A stretch of 64,000 bases of DNA from Macrostomum hystrix (taxonomy: Eukaryota > Animalia > Platyhelminthes), in the NCBI GenBank assembly GCA_950097015.1, contig CATNEN010000038.1:24924001-24988000 (forward strand). Direction: 5' to 3'. A program made the position numbers and the translations under genes. Positions 59,573-64,000 of this stretch are shown piece by piece (position 1 is the first letter of the stretch; each line of letters starts with the position of its first letter). Under the pieces are notes generated by a model. It ran no database searches. It was not told where the DNA came from and saw only the letters and a list, made by a program, of their open reading frames with translations.

Positions 59573-61038
59573 TTATTAGTCATCGACATTTTCGTAACTC
59601 GAAAAATAAAAACACTAAAATAAACTAACAAGTGGGTAGAAATCTAGTAGATAATTCATCCATCGTTGGACAAAAGTCATTAAAAAGTATTCTAAACCAG
59701 CCTGGCTAATATTTCCGTGAGATAATCCGACTATGAACTAAAACAGTGTTATATTTTTTAAAATCTGTATATTGTATTGACTTCGTGTATTATATAATAA
59801 CATTTACCCACTCCCAACTCGCTATTATTATTGTTATATGCTGTGTCTTAATCGTCCATTCACTTATTAAAACTATCTGTTAAGCTTTAAACATTTTTTT
59901 GTAACAATATTTTACCGGCATATTGTACTTTTATTGTCGTTGCTGATAATATTTTGGACTTCATCATGACGAAAAAAATCTTATCAAATCATCATGATGT
60001 TGAGCTTTAATTAGTTAGTTTCTTGGATTGTTAAGGCTCTTTTTGTTAGCTAGATTTTGTCTTTTACTCTTGGATTCAGTTATAGAAAATTAGGTCTCTA
60101 ATGAGTTTGTTATAATAGATGTATTCAAACATATTGTTTTTCATAGTCATAACTAATGAGTAATTTCACAATTCATTGTCACACTTGTTTGTAAAATTTC
60201 TAATAAAAACGCTTATAGATGCGCCTTATTGGCTTTAGTCTTGAATGTTGTCTGACTTTAGTTGTACGTGCACATAAATGGAATTTTTTAGACTTGGAAC
60301 TTTTAAATCAGCTAGTTTTTTTGACTACATTAATTTCTACTACCTTTTGACTCCGAAAGGTTGTGGGTTCCTATCCCACCGCTGCCACCAGTGTGGTGTC
60401 GACCGTATTGCAGAAAAATTGCCTATTCAGAGTAGACATCAATTCTATTGTACCATGACTACGTGGCTATCGGGCGACCTGATATTCGATTATTGTCATA
60501 TACGATTTCATTTTGGTCCGAAATGTCGGACCGACAATGGATTAATTTCTTTTTTATGTATTTCAACCAAATAACAAACAAGCAAATCAAACGAAGCAGT
60601 CCGAGTCGAAAGCCAAACTCAACTTTTTTTGGTTTCTTCAGCGAGTACGTAAGATCAACCTTGAAAATTTTCTCAAAAGCGCTTAATTCAACATTGCCGA
60701 TGATATCCGATCCTCGTTAATTCTTCAATTACCGGTGGATTCCTGCGCGCATGCATACACTGCAGCGAACTGCAACGCCATAGACGTTTGATTTATACTA
60801 GTACGTCGGAATCGGATGAAAACAAAGTAGGGACTGACCATAAACTGTCGGATTTGGATGCAAGTTGAACAAAATAGACTGCAGCTGTGCCAAAACTGAG
60901 CGAGAAAAGGTGTATGAACAATTTGAAAAGTCTTCTTTTTAAGCAGCCATACTAAAGAAATATTTAGTAGTCGATATACAGATAAATACACCATTCGCCG
61001 CTGCCTATTAAAACTGGCTAGCGAACAAGCGCTGTACT

Positions 61039-63811
61039 ATGCAACTGAAGAATGACGCGTACAACAGTTGCGATGAGCGCGACTCTGGCGACAATGACAC
61101 AATTTTAGAAACGTCTTCTTCAACAAGCTCTTTAACTGCCATACCAGTCGAAAAAACGATGTCATCCAAGCGTCAGTTACAGTTCATCAAGATGTGGGGC
61201 GAAAGTCGAAAGATGCTTTACACGCAGCCGAAGCCGCAGCAGAAACAGGAGCCCTCAGTAAAGAACAAAAATCATCAGAAACAGTTGCCTTCGCAGACTA
61301 GAACCTTCATTCCTAGCAGCGCTTGGCGCGGCTTGGTCCCAGAAAATCTAGAAAATGAATCAATAATTTCGTCACCACAGTCACCGAAAGCACCGCTGAA
61401 AACTGTGGTGAGTTCTAGTAAGGTTGTTGCAGCAGACGAAGCGCATAATCAGATAGTTTTTGATATTGATAAACAGAGCGAAGAATATGAAAAAGACTTT
61501 AGCAACAAACAAACTGGAGCGATGTCTAATACATTCTCTATGAAGGAAATTAGCGAAGAATCTGCTGTTAGCGTGCTGTCGCTCTGCGAAGCTGCTGCCG
61601 CCGCCGCGGCCACGGACTCTCAAACGCATTCGACGTCGAAGGAGCAGAGAACGGCACCAACGCTATTGCGCCAACCGGCTCAAATTGCCGCCCTGTTGGA
61701 CAATATTAGGCTGGGCAGGCGGCACATGTACACCAAGGACTCGTTCGCTATGAAGTTGGAACGAGACCTGCGTGCTGAACTAAACTCGGAGCTGGATAAG
61801 CAGCATAGATTCGACGCTCGACTTGATAGCCTTAGTTTTGGTAGTGAGGAGAAAGTTACACAACATGTAGTGGAAAATATTGACGACTATGATAAAGTGT
61901 GCATCAACAGCTCTGAAAATGTAGCAGCTGAGCGAAATTACAAAAATACCAACGACAGCGTTAGTGCCAATTTGGGTGTTGTGTCTCGAATAAGGCGTGC
62001 CTATAACGCTCTCGGATCTCGCTATATTGCTGAAGCCTCAATTGCAATGCAGCGACAGCTGAATAATATTAAACAATCATCAAATAGGGCGCAGCTTGTT
62101 TCGCAAAAAGCGGTAAAGAAAATACCGGAGACAGCAGCATACAGCCGAAGCGGACTTTACAAAAGAAACAGCCGCAGCACCAGCAGCACGAACAGCTCCA
62201 GTGAGGGCAGCGACAGTGATTTCAAGCGTCAACTCTGTCGTTGGCGCAGGCCTCGGGCCAGTAGCTCCAACACTAGCAATATTAACAGAAGCAATTACGA
62301 AAAGCCTGAAGACTTTCTGGATGAAAAATTTGGCATAGAGAAGTCCAACAACGGCGTGCCATCCAAGCGACAAGTCTTCGAACGAAGTCAAGGTCAAGGC
62401 TCTCAATCAAAATGGTCACCTGGAGAAGAGGGGAAGCTTGTCGGTGGTCACCGCACTATGTTGAACGAATCAGGGTTTGAAGCGAATCCGAACCACGCTG
62501 TGAAGCCGGATCACGTCCATCAGTCTGTTGAGCAGCTGGAGCCTTTCGGCGCTGTGCGCATCCTCGACAGCGGCCTGCCAACAGATCAACTGACGTCTGC
62601 TACGGCACTCAGCGATGAGTCCAGCAATGCCGTGGCTTTTACACCAAAACCAACGAGGCCAGAAAATGCGGAGGAAAGTAGCCAGGCGCTAAGCCAAAAA
62701 AATATGACAGCTCAGCAGTTGCAGTCATCGGACCGTTTTAAGCTTCAGCAGAGTCCGGGTCAGTTGCAACCGAAGGCGCCGTCCTTAAACAATTCCGGCT
62801 TAAGAGAAAACTGCGAACAAGAAAATGAGAAAAGTAATCAACAGAGTGCACCGATCTGCGAAACAGCTTCCAAGCCACCCGGAAAAATCAACTGGGACTC
62901 AGATTTGTCTATGAGTTTGCTTCAGAAAGAGCAGGAGGAGCAGGTAACAGTAATGGTTTTCCTGAAACCAAGCCTAGCCGATAAAAATCAACCAAGCGAT
63001 GATAGCAAACCAAAAGCTTCACCAGATGCTTATAACGATATTTCTAAAGAGCTTGACGAGCTCCGGCATGAGATTGGCCTTGACTCGGAGAATACTGCCG
63101 TGGGCTGCCAAAAATTCACTAGTGGTCATCACGGACACGTGAGTTCGCCAAAAAAAATTTGAGGTCTACATTTTTTTGCGCTAGTTAGAAGAAGTCTAGC
63201 TAGAGCCTTGATAAAAACTACTTCCCTGAGACAGAATAACCTTGCAATACCTGCGGCTGTGCTGTCGGCTGCACATCTGGCCCAATCTGGGCAGTTAAAA
63301 TAAACTATTATCGTTACTATTATTATTTAAATCATCACTAGGTTTCTGAAATATAAGACTACAGTTGAATTTAATAGCAACAAACTTAGCAGTTTAGGGT
63401 GCAGTAATGAAGTATAAAGTAACTCACAGTTTTCATTCAGCGAATCAGGTAATTTTTTCAGAAAAAATGTCATAATGCGTCATTTAACTATTCCTTACAG
63501 GAATTGCCTTCTACTCAACCGGTTCCATCAGTATGGACAAATCAACAAGTCCAACAGCATCAGCAGCAAACAGACATGGACAGTTTGCTGCGATGGCTCT
63601 ATTCTGACAACAAGCAGGATCACAACAGATCGAATCAGCTTGGCACTTTGAGGCCGCAATCCGATGCGCAAGCTACAGTGATTGCAGATCAGCAGCAGCA
63701 TCTACTAGACCAATCAGTCAGCTGTCTGTCTGGTTTGAATGAAAGCGGCAGTGATGCAGGCTCTGTGGTGGTTAGCCATTGTGGTGAAGCCCAACCTTCA
63801 GCATTAACCAA
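61039..63811 (+). CDS. Uncharacterised low-complexity / disordered protein, 3'-partial
   Basis: Long exon 61039-63138 (CAC|GTGAGT) joins in phase 0 to 63501-63811 (CAG|GAA ... AA|GTGAGT); continues beyond the window; no recognisable domain. Confidence 0.62.
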
Positions 63812-63834
63812 GTGAGTTGATTACTTTATATGAA

Positions 63835-64000
63835 ATCGCACATCATTTGGTGACACTAGAACAGTGCCAGCAAGGAGGCAATTCTGCCCATTTCGCTGAC
63901 TCCTGATAACACACAAAGATACTGTACGCAGGCAAGCACTCACACAAGTGTGTACATCTGCCCTGACTTTTTCATCAGCAGGTAGGGTGCACTTACACTG
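63835..64000 (-). mobile_element. SINE family A fragment
   Basis: Matches 58850-59020. Confidence 0.72.

Overview
Eukaryotic (metazoan) genomic DNA. Gene content, intron style and repeat load suggest a free-living flatworm such as Macrostomum, which is an inference and not verified. I assembled ten spliced host genes by hand with phase-consistent splice sites, and all lie on the + strand: a PP1 glycogen-targeting subunit (RVxF + CBM21), a SMYD-family SET/MYND methyltransferase, mitochondrial Lon protease, catalase, an RNF216-like RBR E3 ligase, an unusual RRM-ankyrin-SOCS-box protein, a two-RRM/coiled-coil protein, a ~900-aa secreted Cys-rich repeat protein, an HTATIP2/TIP30-like oxidoreductase, and an unknown low-complexity protein running off the right edge. 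About 23 of 33 complete introns, plus several spacers, carry their own private minisatellite (units of 14-64 bp). Several arrays were amplified from the splice site itself, creating runs of decoy donors or acceptors. Mobile DNA includes a 5'-truncated but intact RT-RNase H non-LTR element with a 12-bp TSD inserted in a CCCTAA-rich array. There are also three tRNA-derived SINE families (one with an internally inverted segment between copies) and hAT and piggyBac-type MITEs. A minimal type I hammerhead ribozyme lies at 34826-34868. Most long ORFs in the supplied track that overlap repeats are artefacts.
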